Assembly (NCBI GenBank): GCA_035486155.1
Contig: DATHNJ010000105.1
Span: 1-59,122, forward strand
Reading direction: 5' to 3'
Source of the DNA: Terracidiphilus sp.
Lineage (GTDB): Bacteria; Acidobacteriota; Terriglobia; Terriglobales; Acidobacteriaceae
Length of the DNA stretch: 59,122 nucleotides
Shown here: positions 38,138 to 48,479 of the stretch, in pieces
How the letters are laid out: each line of letters opens with the position of its first letter
Position numbering within the stretch: position 1 is the stretch's first letter
Position numbers and translations under genes: made by a program
The notes under the pieces: model-generated
Seen by the model: the letters and a program-made list of their open reading frames with translations, nothing else
Told to the model about the DNA's origin: nothing
Databases searched by the model: none

Positions 38138-38242
38138 GCGACGCAAAAAAGGATGGAAAATCGCTCAAATCGCTTCAGGATGATCGAACGCATTTGAAAT
38201 TCTCTCCGGAAGTGTGACATAACTCCGGAGAGGCGAATAAAG

Positions 38243-38872
38243 TTGCAAATCAACACCGGCGACGTTCTGATTGTCATCGACGTGCAAAACGATTTCTGTC
38301 CCGGCGGGCAACTTGCCGTTGCGGACGGAGACTCAGTTATTGAGCCTATTCGTAAAATCGCGCAATGCTTTGAGCACATCATCCTCACGCAGGACTGGCA
38401 TTCGCCCGATCACTTCTCGTTTGCATCCATGCATCCCGGCAAGAAGCCTTTCGATGGAATCGACTCCAGCTATGGCCCGCAGGTTCTTTGGCCGGAGCAT
38501 TGCGTGCAGGGGACCCGCGGCGCGGAGTTTCACCCTGATCTGAATCTAACTCGAGCCGAACTAATTCTTCGCAAAGGCTTCCGGCGCAATATTGATTCCT
38601 ACTCTGCCTTCTTTGAGAACGACCGCACGACAGCGACGGGACTTGCCGGCTATCTGCGCGAACGCAGCCTAAATCGTCTGTTCTTCGTCGGCCTTGCTTA
38701 TGACTTTTGCGTCGGTTACTCGGCGCTTGACGCGCGCAAGCTTGGTTTCCCTGTATATGTCATTCGGGACGCCTGCCGCGCGATCGGTCTGGATGGCTCG
38801 GTCGCCGCGATTGAAGAAGGGTTTGCGAAGGCCGGCGTGAGCGTCATTGACTCTTCCCAGCTCTGCAACTGA
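38243..38872 (+). CDS. pncA: Nicotinamidase/pyrazinamidase
   Basis: IDVQNDFCPGG, QDWH...H.SF, WPEHC, RKG....DSYSAF, GLAYDFCV. Confidence 0.94.
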   Translation: MQINTGDVLIVIDVQNDFCPGGQLAVADGDSVIEPIRKIAQCFEHIILTQDWHSPDHFSFASMHPGKKPFDGIDSSYGPQVLWPEHCVQGTRGAEFHPDLNLTRAELILRKGFRRNIDSYSAFFENDRTTATGLAGYLRERSLNRLFFVGLAYDFCVGYSALDARKLGFPVYVIRDACRAIGLDGSVAAIEEGFAKAGVSVIDSSQLCN

Positions 38873-38912
38873 CTCACCACGTACAATTTCTGTAGGTGAC
38901 CTCGTCGAGCGC

Positions 38913-39176
38913 ATGTCCCGCAACTTTTATATCCTCGCCGCTTCCCTCGGCCTCTTCGCGGTTCTTTCCATGGGCATGTCGCTCGTGCCGTCGAGTTTTC
39001 AGCCAGGCCTGCCGGCGAACGGCTCGCTCTGGCGCACCATCGCGCTGGTTTTGCTGCTCGGCGGGCTGGCTTCGGCTTTGATCGGCGTGTTGAGCCACCT
39101 TTTCGAGCAGGTCGACCGGCGCAGCGAACAGCTTCGCCAGTCGGCGCGCCGCAATCGCCGCGACCGGCAGGATTGA
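38913..39176 (+). CDS. Small 2-TM membrane protein
   Basis: MSRNFYILAASLGLF.., second TM helix, basic tail. Confidence 0.65.
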   Translation: MSRNFYILAASLGLFAVLSMGMSLVPSSFQPGLPANGSLWRTIALVLLLGGLASALIGVLSHLFEQVDRRSEQLRQSARRNRRDRQD

Positions 39177-39287
39177 CGGTCGCGTCTGGATCGGGCAGAC
39201 CTCGCGGCAGCGCACAATCTTCGCCGGTCTGCAGCGGGCCATAGAATAAGAGAGGGGACTCCTCCCCGTATGGATAGATGAACGCAG

Positions 39288-39665
39288 ATGTATGAAGTTA
39301 CTGTAGAAGCGGGTTTCTCGTCCGGCCATTATCTTCGCAACTACCGAGGCAAGTGTGAGAATCCGCACGGCCATAACTATAAGGTTCGCGTGACGCTGGC
39401 AGGCGCGGAGCTGGATCCGTCCGGTCTATTGCTCGATTTCAAACTGCTCAAACAGGTGCTGCGGCCGGTGATCGACCGCATCGATCACCAGATGCTTAAC
39501 GACCTCGAGCCGTTCATGACGTTGAATCCGTCGGCGGAGAACATCGCCAAGTTCTTCTTCGATCAGACCAACGAACAGCTCAACGGAATGACGCAAGGCC
39601 GTGTGCGCGTGAAGGACTGCACCATCTGGGAGACGGACACGACCACCGCGACCTATTACGAATAG
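39288..39665 (+). CDS. queD: 6-carboxytetrahydropterin synthase
   Basis: FSSGH, CENPHGHNY, LDF, DHQMLN, PSAENIA, WET. Confidence 0.93.
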   Translation: MYEVTVEAGFSSGHYLRNYRGKCENPHGHNYKVRVTLAGAELDPSGLLLDFKLLKQVLRPVIDRIDHQMLNDLEPFMTLNPSAENIAKFFFDQTNEQLNGMTQGRVRVKDCTIWETDTTTATYYE

Positions 39666-39674
39666 GCCGCATGT

Positions 39675-40400
39675 TCAAGCTGGTTTCTTTGCAACGAGAA
39701 TGCGCAGAGGCGGCCAGGTTCCAGTCCAATCCAGCGGATACATCTGAACGGATAATCCAGCCTTCGCGAATTCGCCCGCGTACTCCCTCATGAGCTTGTA
39801 GTCGGAGATCACGGCCACGCCACCAGGCTTGAGGACGCGCGCAATCTCGCGGCAGGCCTTGGCGCGTCCCGGTTTTTGATAAATATTGTGCAGACACAAA
39901 TTGGAGAGCACGACATCGATTGAGGCGTCGGGAAAGCCCATCTGGCGCGCGTCTTCGCTCAGGATCGTGGTCTTCGCGCCTACGTCTTCGATCGCGATGT
40001 TCGTTTTCAGCGCCTCCGGGCCATTGCCGGAGAGATCCTCGGCGTTCCAGATGTCGATGCCTGTGGCGTGGCCGGTGGTGAGACATTTGGCCGCGCCGAT
40101 CAGCAGGAGACCACGGCCCGCGCCCACATCAAGCACGTTTTCCGCTCCCGTCCAACTGACTTTGGCGAGGATACGATCGCGATGGCGGAATTTGCCGACC
40201 AGCGAGTAGAGCAGCATTAATGCGGCGAAGAAGATGAACCAGCCTGCGGGCCAGAGAAAACCGGGGGATAGCAGGAACGTGATATGTGCGATGGTGACAC
40301 GTGGAAACGCCAGGGCGACGATCAGAAAGAACGCGCCGGCGAAAAACATGTTGCGAATGACATTGGGCGCATCGATTCCATAGTTGGCTTTCTGAGACAT
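39675..40400 (-). CDS. Membrane-anchored class I SAM methyltransferase
   Basis: NYGIDAP, 2 TM helices, VLDVGAGRG, GIDIW, DVVLSNLCLH, RVLKPGG. Confidence 0.88.
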   Translation of the reverse strand: MSQKANYGIDAPNVIRNMFFAGAFFLIVALAFPRVTIAHITFLLSPGFLWPAGWFIFFAALMLLYSLVGKFRHRDRILAKVSWTGAENVLDVGAGRGLLLIGAAKCLTTGHATGIDIWNAEDLSGNGPEALKTNIAIEDVGAKTTILSEDARQMGFPDASIDVVLSNLCLHNIYQKPGRAKACREIARVLKPGGVAVISDYKLMREYAGEFAKAGLSVQMYPLDWTGTWPPLRILVAKKPA

Positions 40401-40498
40401 CGCAAGCTCCGATCCGCGTAACAACCAGGTATCTTGAAATGACAGAATGCTATCATCTGGATTCACGCGGCAGTTCGCGGCCTGCGATGAGTGGGTGC

Positions 40499-41152
40499 TT
40501 ACTTCATCGAGCTTGATTTGGACTGCAGATACTTGTTGAAGGGAATCTCGAAGTAGAAAAGCTCGTTGCCGTCAGCGTCGCGCACCTTGTGCAGGTGCAG
40601 CTTGGAGCCTTTGAGTGGATCGTCGAGCTCGGAGACGTCGTAAAACAAAAAGCCGGCGCGGGTAGTGTGCGGCTCAACGACCAGAGCGGCATATTCAAAC
40701 TCGTCGAAATCCGCCTCGATCTCTTTGTTGCTGCCCTTGGGCTTCATGTGGATGTTTGGAATTGGACCCGGCATGGGAATCTTGCCTCCCTCGCGCTCTT
40801 TGCGCGACATCAGCCGTTCCACATCTTCGGGCTCAGCGGCCTGGATGCGATCGCCGGCCGGAGTTTGAAAAAGAATGCGCGCGTCGCGCAGCGAGATCGG
40901 CCGATCGCTGTTGTTGGTTACGATGAGACGAATAGGCATGACGCCATGGCCGAGATAATCGACCCGAAATAGCGATTCCTTTTCTTTGGTGTCGTAGGGC
41001 TCAGCGGCGATGGCGACTTTTTCCTGGTCGTGCACCTCGACGGCGGCGAATGAGGTGGCCGGCTGCACCGGCGGCGGCTTGTGGTCGTTGGCCCGAGCGG
41101 CGGGTAAGGCCATCAGGAGCGCGAGCAGCGAAGCAACCCTCAGAGACGTCAT
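40499..41152 (-). CDS. Exported hypothetical protein
   Basis: Signal peptide ending ARA|ND; beta-rich body; start uncertain. Confidence 0.75.
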   Translation of the reverse strand: MTSLRVASLLALLMALPAARANDHKPPPVQPATSFAAVEVHDQEKVAIAAEPYDTKEKESLFRVDYLGHGVMPIRLIVTNNSDRPISLRDARILFQTPAGDRIQAAEPEDVERLMSRKEREGGKIPMPGPIPNIHMKPKGSNKEIEADFDEFEYAALVVEPHTTRAGFLFYDVSELDDPLKGSKLHLHKVRDADGNELFYFEIPFNKYLQSKSSSMK

Positions 41153-41208
41153 CGTGCACGACTGTATCATTTTAGGGTTAGACCGCAAGAGGGCGAATTC
41201 CGTTACGC

Positions 41209-42510
41209 ATGATTGTTTTTTTCTACAACCTCGCGCTGTTGTCGGGGCTGCTTGCCAGCGGGCCCTGGTGGTTGTGGCAAATTGCGACCACGAACAAATA
41301 CCGCGAGGGCCTTGGCGAGCGATTGGGCAATGTGCCGGCTTGGATCAAGAGCAAGGCGGCCGGGCGCCCGGTGATCTGGCTACACGCGGTTTCGGTTGGA
41401 GAGGTGCTGGCGGTGAGCCGGCTGGTTGAAGAATTGGATCGGACTGTTCGCGATTTTCAGGTGTTGATCTCGACCACCACATGCACCGGCCAGGCTCTGG
41501 CGCGCGAACGCTTCGGTCCCAATCGTGTCTTCTATTGCCCGCTGGATGTCCCGTGGGCGGTGAGCGCTCATCTCAATGCGATCAAGCCGCGCATGCTGGT
41601 TCTTGCCGAGACGGAGTTCTGGCCTAACCTGCTCAGCGGCTGCTTTCGGCGCAAGATTCCCGTGGTTGTCGTCAACGGGCGAATCTCCGACCGCTCGTGG
41701 CCGCGCTACAAGATGCTGCGCCGCTTTTGGCGGCCGATTCTGAGCCATATCAGCCGCGCGCTGGCGCAGACAGAGGCCGATGCAGAGCGGCTCAAAGCGA
41801 TCGGCGTTGCCGCCGAACGAGTCGCCGTGTCGGGCAACCTCAAATTCGATGTCCGCGTGGCGCAGGAGGCGGAAGCGACGCGGCTCTTACGGACGCTGGG
41901 GCCGAATCTGCGCTTCTTCGTCGCCGGCAGCACTTTGGACGGGGAAGAAACGGCGCTGCTGGAGGCGTGGCGGATGATCCTGCAGCAAGAGCCGCAGCTT
42001 GCGATGGTTCTCGCGCCGCGTCATCCGGAGCGCTTTGGCGCCGTGGCGGATCTGCTCGGTCGATCAGGCCTTGCATGGACAAAGCGGTCGAGCTGGAATG
42101 GTCATGCGGCAGAGATGCTGGAGCCGGTCAAGGCGGGCCAGGTGATCCTGCTGGACACGATCGGCGAGCTGGCGTCGATCTATTCGCTCGCGGCGGTCGC
42201 GTTTGTTGGAGGGAGTCTGTTTCCGACTGGCGGGCACAATCCGCTCGAGCCCGCACGGTTTGGAGTCCCGATTGTGATGGGACCGCACTACGCTAACTTC
42301 CGCGCAATTGCGGAAGACCTGCGCGCGCATAACGCAATGCTCATTGCATCGAAGGAAGAGCTTGGCGTAGCGATCGGTGGTTTGCTGGCGAGTTCCGAGA
42401 CGGCAATGGGCGCGCGAGCTCGCGAGGTTTTTGGGGCGCAGGCTGGAGCGACCGACCGGACCGCAAAGGCGATTCGCGATCTGCTTGCGCAACAGGTGCG
42501 GCCTGCATGA
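41209..42510 (+). CDS. waaA: Kdo transferase
   Basis: WLHAVSVGE, ETEFWPN, NGRIS, GNLKFD, PRHPERF, GGHNPLEPA, GP...NF. Confidence 0.95.
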   Translation: MIVFFYNLALLSGLLASGPWWLWQIATTNKYREGLGERLGNVPAWIKSKAAGRPVIWLHAVSVGEVLAVSRLVEELDRTVRDFQVLISTTTCTGQALARERFGPNRVFYCPLDVPWAVSAHLNAIKPRMLVLAETEFWPNLLSGCFRRKIPVVVVNGRISDRSWPRYKMLRRFWRPILSHISRALAQTEADAERLKAIGVAAERVAVSGNLKFDVRVAQEAEATRLLRTLGPNLRFFVAGSTLDGEETALLEAWRMILQQEPQLAMVLAPRHPERFGAVADLLGRSGLAWTKRSSWNGHAAEMLEPVKAGQVILLDTIGELASIYSLAAVAFVGGSLFPTGGHNPLEPARFGVPIVMGPHYANFRAIAEDLRAHNAMLIASKEELGVAIGGLLASSETAMGARAREVFGAQAGATDRTAKAIRDLLAQQVRPA

Positions 42511-43523
42511 AGCGGCCGTGGCTCGCGCCGCTTGTTCCTCTTTATGCAACTGGATTGGCGTGGCGTAATTTTCGCTTGAGACGCGGGTGGGAGCCGGTGC
42601 GGCGACTGCAGTGGCCGGTGATCAGTATTGGGAATCTATCGACCGGCGGATCGGGCAAGACGCCGCTCGCGATTACTCTGGCGAAGCTGCTTCAGGCGCG
42701 AGGAGCGCACGTCGATGTGCTTTCGCGCGGCTATGGGCGATCGAGTTCCGAGGCTATGCGCGTCGATCCTGGCGGAACAGTGGAGCAGTTCGGCGATGAG
42801 CCGTTGCTGATTGCGCGCGAGGCCGGCGTTCCTGTGTACGTGGCGTCGCAGCGGTACGACGCAGGAGTGCTGGCCGAAACGAATGCATCAGGGCAGCACG
42901 ATGTTGATAGAAGTCTCATCTCTTCTGCCCATGTCCTGGACGACGGCTTTCAGCATCGGCAGCTCTTCCGCGATGTCGATATTCTTCTTCTCAATCGCGA
43001 GGACTGGCGCGATACACTTCTGCCTGCAGGAAATCTGCGTGAAACATTGCATGCAGCGAAGCGAGCTGACGTGATTGCGATTCCGGCCGGAGATTCTGCG
43101 TTTGAGTCCGAGCTTCGCCGCTGGGGCTGGACTGGGCCGGTTTGGCGTCTGCGGCGTCGCATGAATGTTCCTTTAGTGGGCGGACCTGTCTATGCTTTTT
43201 GCGGCATTGCGCGGCCTGAGCAGTTCTTTGCAGGGCTCGAAAGCAACGGTCTTGGAGTGGCTGCGTGCAATGCTTTTCGCGATCATCATTGGTATACGCG
43301 GAAAGATGTGGATCGGCTGATCGCCGCCGGGCGCACGACCGGCGCCGTTGCTTTCGTGACCACCGACAAAGATGCGGTGCGACTGGGCGCTCTGGCGTCG
43401 GCATTTCCGCCTGAGCTGCCCCTCAAGACTGCGCATCTAAGCATCGGGATCGACGGTGAAGCATCCGCGCTCGACTGGCTCATCGGTCGCTTGCGGACCA
43501 CTGCTTCGCTGCCGAGCGTGTGA
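42507..43523 (+). CDS. lpxK: Tetraacyldisaccharide 4'-kinase
   Basis: SIGNLSTGGSGKTP, SRGYG, GDEP, LDDGFQH, LPAGNLRE, TTDKDAV. Confidence 0.95.
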   Translation: MKRPWLAPLVPLYATGLAWRNFRLRRGWEPVRRLQWPVISIGNLSTGGSGKTPLAITLAKLLQARGAHVDVLSRGYGRSSSEAMRVDPGGTVEQFGDEPLLIAREAGVPVYVASQRYDAGVLAETNASGQHDVDRSLISSAHVLDDGFQHRQLFRDVDILLLNREDWRDTLLPAGNLRETLHAAKRADVIAIPAGDSAFESELRRWGWTGPVWRLRRRMNVPLVGGPVYAFCGIARPEQFFAGLESNGLGVAACNAFRDHHWYTRKDVDRLIAAGRTTGAVAFVTTDKDAVRLGALASAFPPELPLKTAHLSIGIDGEASALDWLIGRLRTTASLPSV

Positions 43524-43535
43524 GAAAATCGAAGT

Positions 43536-44645
43536 TTGCCAACTCAGTCCAAGTTCCGTTTGCTCGTTGTGCGATTAGGCGCCATGGGCGACATTCTTCA
43601 TGCTCTGCCGGCGGTGACGGCGCTGCGCAAATTGCATCCGGAGTGGATCATTGACTGGGTCGTTGAGCCGAAGTGGGAGCCGTTGCTGCGCGCGCGAGAC
43701 TCCTCGCGATGTGACACGGGGGCGGACGGCGAGAGCGGGGATCGCGAGGCGGAGCGGCCATCGCCGCGACAGCCTCTCGTCGATCGCATCTTGTTGGCGC
43801 CCGCGAAACAGTGGGGCAAGAGTCCGCTCAGCGGCCGCACGATACGCGAGGTGCGCGCACTGCGACGCGCGATTCGCGAGGCCCGCTACGATGCGGCCAT
43901 CGACTTTCAGGGCGCAGTGCGGTCAGCCGCTTTTGGACGGCTTGCAGGTTGCCGCCTGATCGGCGAGGCGGAGCCGCGCGAAGGCGCCGCTCGGTGGTTG
44001 TTTACCGAGCGCATCGCTACGCGCGGGGCGCACGTGATTGAGCAGGACTTGGAGTTGGCGGCTGCGATTGCTGGAGACGATTTGCAGTACGTCGCGCCCT
44101 GGCTGCCCTTCGATGCGTGCGCGGAGGCCTGGGCCGATGAGCTTGTCGGGTCCGCGCGCGGTGGATGCGTGGTGTTGATCAATCCTGGCGCGGGATGGGG
44201 CGCAAAGCGCTGGCCCGTGGAGCGCTATGCAGCGGTTGCGCGAAGGCTCATGGAGCGGGGTTGTCGGGTGTTTGTGAATGCGGGGCCTGGAGAAGAGCCG
44301 ATTGCCGATGTGATCGTGGCGCAAACCGATGGCGCAGCCACGCCGCTCGCGCCCTCGCTTGAAAATCTCATCGCGCTCACGCGCCGCACTGCGCTGGTGA
44401 TCGCAGGCGATACAGGGCCGCTGCACCTGGCATGCGCGCTGGGCAAGCCGGTCGTGGGCATCTACGGTCCGACCGATCCAAGCCGCAACGGACCGTTCGG
44501 AACGCGATTCAAAGTCTTGCGGCATCCCGAGAGCCGACGCGATCATACGCGCCGCGAAGCTCCAGAGGCGGGACTGCTTACTATTCAGCCTGAAGAAGTG
44601 CTGGCCGCAGCCAAAGAGTTGCTGGGCGAGGAGGGCAAGCGATGA
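43536..44645 (+). CDS. GT9 LPS heptosyltransferase (WaaC-like)
   Basis: VRLGAMGDILH, DFQG, PGAGWGAKRWP, GDTGPLHLA, GIYGPT. Confidence 0.9.
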   Translation: MPTQSKFRLLVVRLGAMGDILHALPAVTALRKLHPEWIIDWVVEPKWEPLLRARDSSRCDTGADGESGDREAERPSPRQPLVDRILLAPAKQWGKSPLSGRTIREVRALRRAIREARYDAAIDFQGAVRSAAFGRLAGCRLIGEAEPREGAARWLFTERIATRGAHVIEQDLELAAAIAGDDLQYVAPWLPFDACAEAWADELVGSARGGCVVLINPGAGWGAKRWPVERYAAVARRLMERGCRVFVNAGPGEEPIADVIVAQTDGAATPLAPSLENLIALTRRTALVIAGDTGPLHLACALGKPVVGIYGPTDPSRNGPFGTRFKVLRHPESRRDHTRREAPEAGLLTIQPEEVLAAAKELLGEEGKR

Positions 44646-45283
44646 GCGGCCAAAATGCTCCTCCGAAAGTCCGCCCCACCCAGTGGCGGTGGGAGAGGAT
44701 TGCGCGAAGGATTCGCGTGCCGCTGGGCTTTGTGACGGCGGGGATCTACCTTTTTGAACTGTGGCGCCGCGCGCCCGAGCCTGCCGCGATTGCGTGGAGT
44801 CTCGCGCTGGTGCTGCCCGGGCTGTGGCTGCGCGGCTACGCTGCGGGCTATGTGAAGAAGAATCGGGAACTGACGCAGACCGGGCCGTACGCCTACGTAC
44901 GCAATCCGCTGTATCTGGGTTCGATCCTCATTGCCGCTGGATTTGCGGTCGCGTTGTTGAGTTGGGTCGTGGCGGTTGCGCTGGCTGCGATGTTCGCGCT
45001 GATCTATATTCCGGTGATTGCGTCGGAGGAGCGCTTTCTGCGCGCCACGTTTGCGGAGTTCGAAGAGTACTGCCGCCGCACTCCAAGGTTGATTCCGCGC
45101 CTGACGCCGGCCAGGGCTTCGGCCGAGGTTCCTGGACAGCCAGAAACTGGTACTATCGTCGGTAACTTCTCCTTTGCTCTTTACTTACGGCACCGCGAGT
45201 ACAATTCAGCTATTGGCGCGGCGCTGCTTTATTTGAGCCTGCTATATTTGCGGCCGGCTCTGGCGTTGTTTGCGCGGCGTTGA
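44642..45283 (+). CDS. Isoprenylcysteine carboxyl methyltransferase (ICMT/PEMT) family membrane methyltransferase
   Basis: GPYAYVRNPLYLG, EERFL..F..F..Y....PR; ATGA-coupled to the GT9 gene. Confidence 0.88.
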   Translation: MSGQNAPPKVRPTQWRWERIARRIRVPLGFVTAGIYLFELWRRAPEPAAIAWSLALVLPGLWLRGYAAGYVKKNRELTQTGPYAYVRNPLYLGSILIAAGFAVALLSWVVAVALAAMFALIYIPVIASEERFLRATFAEFEEYCRRTPRLIPRLTPARASAEVPGQPETGTIVGNFSFALYLRHREYNSAIGAALLYLSLLYLRPALALFARR

Positions 45284-45383
45284 AGCGACTTAAACCCATT
45301 GCGGCGATGAACCGCTGTTCGCCCGGGCCCGGTAGACAAATCGGCGCACGGCATGTCAAAAGCTGAAGGAGCCGGGTCTGGGA

Positions 45384-46154
45384 GTGAATATTCGCACGAC
45401 GGTGAAGACGATTGTGTGCTTGGTCGCCCTTGCCGTTGCGGCGTACGGTCAGCAGACCGCTCTGCTCCCGCCTCCGCGCGCAGGCTTTACGTTTCCACTT
45501 AAGCAGACGCTTACCTATTCAGTTGATTGGCGCGTCTTCTCGGCGGGAACCGCTGTGCTCCACTTCGAGAGCGACGGAGATCGCGAGCGCGTGAGTGCGA
45601 CCGCGGACACGGTCAGCGCCATCAACATGATCTTCCATGTAAGCGATAAGTTCCAGTCGAGCTTCGATCGCGCGAAGGGCTGCACCTACGAGTTCGACAA
45701 GCAGACGGTGGAAGGCAGACGGCAGATCAACTCGACGCTGCGGATTGATTACGCGCAGGGCAAATCGATTCTCGACGAGAAGAACATCGTGAAGAACCAG
45801 TCCAAGCATGTCGAGTCGCCGATTCCCGGATGCATGACCGATTTGCTGACCGGCGTGTTCTATGCGTCGTCACAACCGATGGTTGTGGGGCAGAGCTTCA
45901 TTCTGCCTGTGGTCGATGCAATGCATAACGTGCCGGTGACGTTGAAGGTGGAAGGACGCGAAGAGGTGAAGACGCCGTTGGGGTCGTTCCACACCGTGCG
46001 CGTGCAGCCCACGGCTGCGGCCGGCGTGGTCAAGAATCGCGGCAATATCTGGATCTGGTACACGGACGACGATCGCCATCTGCCGGTGCAGATGCGCGCG
46101 CGGCTGTTCTGGGGAACGATCACGTTCCGCCTGGTCGGCAATGAGAATAAGTAA
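45384..46154 (+). CDS. DUF3108 domain exported protein
   Basis: LTYSVDW...AG, VEGREEVKTPLG.F, IWYTDD.RHLPV. Confidence 0.85.
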   Translation: MNIRTTVKTIVCLVALAVAAYGQQTALLPPPRAGFTFPLKQTLTYSVDWRVFSAGTAVLHFESDGDRERVSATADTVSAINMIFHVSDKFQSSFDRAKGCTYEFDKQTVEGRRQINSTLRIDYAQGKSILDEKNIVKNQSKHVESPIPGCMTDLLTGVFYASSQPMVVGQSFILPVVDAMHNVPVTLKVEGREEVKTPLGSFHTVRVQPTAAAGVVKNRGNIWIWYTDDDRHLPVQMRARLFWGTITFRLVGNENK

Positions 46155-46272
46155 GTCAGCACACAGTGGTCAGTAGCGAGTTAGCCGTCCGCTCGCGCGG
46201 ACGTGTTAGCGAGTCAGCGCCACGGGCCGCACCAGCTAGTTTTTATAAAAAAGAACTCTTCAGAGAGGTCGT

Positions 46273-46758
46273 ATGCGCAATTGCAGACGAGATTGGATGA
46301 GCAGGGCTTTGCCAGCGCTCCTCTTGGCGTTTTCGTTGCCGGTTTGGGCGGCGGGCTCCGAGAAGAAAGCTTTGACGCCGGAGGAGCGGGCAGTGCTGGC
46401 GCCGCTCGCGAAGGTGTTCGATGGGATCGCGAAGCACGATCGAGGTCTTGTCAAGGAGCAACTGTTGCCCGGAGGCATGGTCACGCTCAAGCGAAGCGAT
46501 CGAATCGTGCAGATGAGCTTCGATCAGTTTGTGGAGCACATTCCGGCGACGGGCAAGGAGAAGCTGGAGGAACGGATTCACGATCCGCTGATCCGCATCG
46601 ACGACGATATTGCGATCATCTGGGCGCCATACGTTTTTCTAATCGACGGCAAAGGCGATCATGAAGGAACCGATAGCGTGAACTTGGTGAAGAAGGATGG
46701 GCGCTGGCTGATTGCGGGCATCGCGGACAATGGCCGGAAGGTCCGACCTGGTCATTGA
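46273..46758 (+). CDS. Exported NTF2/SnoaL-like protein
   Basis: ERIHDP.IRID..IA..WAPY.F, G.D...LVK.DG.W.I. Confidence 0.8.
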   Translation: MRNCRRDWMSRALPALLLAFSLPVWAAGSEKKALTPEERAVLAPLAKVFDGIAKHDRGLVKEQLLPGGMVTLKRSDRIVQMSFDQFVEHIPATGKEKLEERIHDPLIRIDDDIAIIWAPYVFLIDGKGDHEGTDSVNLVKKDGRWLIAGIADNGRKVRPGH

Positions 46759-46797
46759 TTGGACGCGCCGGCCGATTGCGTTGAGAGCGTGCGCCCT

Positions 46798-48366
46798 TTA
46801 CGGCGCGACGCAGGCGAAGTTGGCGGCGTCGTTCTGATCGCCGGAACCTGTGTAGCGGGCGATTTTGGGATACGCGCAGAGAGGCCGCGTGAAGGCCGGT
46901 TTCATTGCGTCGTATTTTGTGGCGATCACGGTTTCGTCGAGCGATCCTTTCTCCACCCAGCTCTGGAGCGAATCAAAGAGGCCGTACTTCGGCCCTTTGG
47001 CGGTTTCGGAACCAAACTGCCCGAACACGCTCGCGCCCGGCCCTCCCATGCAATGCTCCATGCCGGGGACCATGTAGAGGCGCACGAAATTGTCGGCTTT
47101 CTCCTTGCCTATTTTCTGCTCGACGCTCTCGTAGTAGGAGACCGTGTTGGCGGGCGAGATCGCGGGATCGTTCCAGCCATGGTAGAGAATCAGCTTTCCG
47201 CCGTGCGCCGCGAACTTGCTCAGATCGACATTGGTCGCATCGAGGTCGGCGGCGGCTTTCTCGTGCGACTGGCGGAGCAAATCGTCCACGCTTGACGTGA
47301 GTATGTTTGTCTTGGGATCGCCGGTGATCATGTACCGAAAATAGTTCCGCACGAAGCGGGAAGAGAGCGAAGCGTCTGGATCTTCACCGACGACCCATTC
47401 TTTCCAGGCTGTTTCGTCGCCCATTGTGGCGCCGGGAAAGATGATCTTGCCCTGTTCGTCCTTGAATCCGCCATACAGCGCCTTGACGGAATCGATCTGA
47501 GGCTGCGTCAGGCACTGAGAGGAATCGTCGCCCTTGCACAGCAGGACCTGAGGATCGAAGCTGCACTTTGCCGGATCGCCGATCACGCCATCTTTGACGC
47601 CGTCGAGCGCGTCGCATGCGGCCAGCGAAGCACGCTGAAGTCCGGGCAGCTTACGGATAGGAATGTAGGCTTTGGGGTCGCCGGTCAGGCTTTGCATGCC
47701 GCTTGCGCCGGCAGCCAGCATTGTTGACCATGCATTCGCGGGCGCGCCGGCAAGAATGCCATCATAGTCGTCGGGAAATCGCTGCGCTTCCATCAGAGCC
47801 TCGCGGCCGCCGTCGGAGCAGGCATCGAAGTAAGACTTGTCGGCATGCTTGCCGTAGAAAGCATCGAGCACTTGCTTCGAACGCTCGGCGGTCAGATGGA
47901 TCGCGCGCCAGCCAAAGTCTTTCACCTTTTCGGGATGTCCAAAGGCCCAGCTCGCGTCTGTGCCTTCCGCTTCATGGCCGGCGTCGGTTCCCGATACGGC
48001 AAATCCGCGCCTCAGATAGCCGGCCATTTGCTGGTACGAGATTTCACCGGCAAACCCACCGTTCCCGCTGCCGAGCAGACGACCATTCCATCCCTGGGTT
48101 GGGCCCTGGGCGGGGAGCCAGACTTCGAAGCGAATCGTGGAGTCGCTAGTGGGATGCATTTCACCGGCGATGCGGCAGAAGGCGGGCAGATTCCGCAGCG
48201 GCGGGTCGGCGTCGGAGACTTTTAAGACCCCCGAGGTGACTGTTTCCGCCAGAGTAATCTTCGTGTCGGCAAGTTGCAGCGTTTTGAGGCTCGCGCAATC
48301 GGCGGCGTATAACAGCGAGGTTGAGCTTGCGAACAGATAGAAAGATACCTGTGCAATGCGGCGCAT
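46798..48366 (-). CDS. Tannase/feruloyl esterase family alpha/beta hydrolase, secreted
   Basis: FEVWLP, WNGR..GNGG.AG, TDAGH, CSDGGRE, YDGILAGAPA, YHGWND, PGMEHC, RPLCAYP; ATG 48366 starts the signal peptide. Confidence 0.93.
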   Translation of the reverse strand: MRRIAQVSFYLFASSTSLLYAADCASLKTLQLADTKITLAETVTSGVLKVSDADPPLRNLPAFCRIAGEMHPTSDSTIRFEVWLPAQGPTQGWNGRLLGSGNGGFAGEISYQQMAGYLRRGFAVSGTDAGHEAEGTDASWAFGHPEKVKDFGWRAIHLTAERSKQVLDAFYGKHADKSYFDACSDGGREALMEAQRFPDDYDGILAGAPANAWSTMLAAGASGMQSLTGDPKAYIPIRKLPGLQRASLAACDALDGVKDGVIGDPAKCSFDPQVLLCKGDDSSQCLTQPQIDSVKALYGGFKDEQGKIIFPGATMGDETAWKEWVVGEDPDASLSSRFVRNYFRYMITGDPKTNILTSSVDDLLRQSHEKAAADLDATNVDLSKFAAHGGKLILYHGWNDPAISPANTVSYYESVEQKIGKEKADNFVRLYMVPGMEHCMGGPGASVFGQFGSETAKGPKYGLFDSLQSWVEKGSLDETVIATKYDAMKPAFTRPLCAYPKIARYTGSGDQNDAANFACVAP

Positions 48367-48479
48367 GGAATGGGCTCCCAAAAATTCGTAGCCTTTATAC
48401 CAGACGCGCGTTTGTCCTCTTCTTGAAAAGAATTTGCGGAGTGCGGGATGCTGTCGCGATGAACGACGCTGATGAATAT

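Noticed and set aside
39177-39287. preQ1 riboswitch upstream of queD
   Set aside because: No recognisable preQ1 aptamer stem-loop with an A-rich tail
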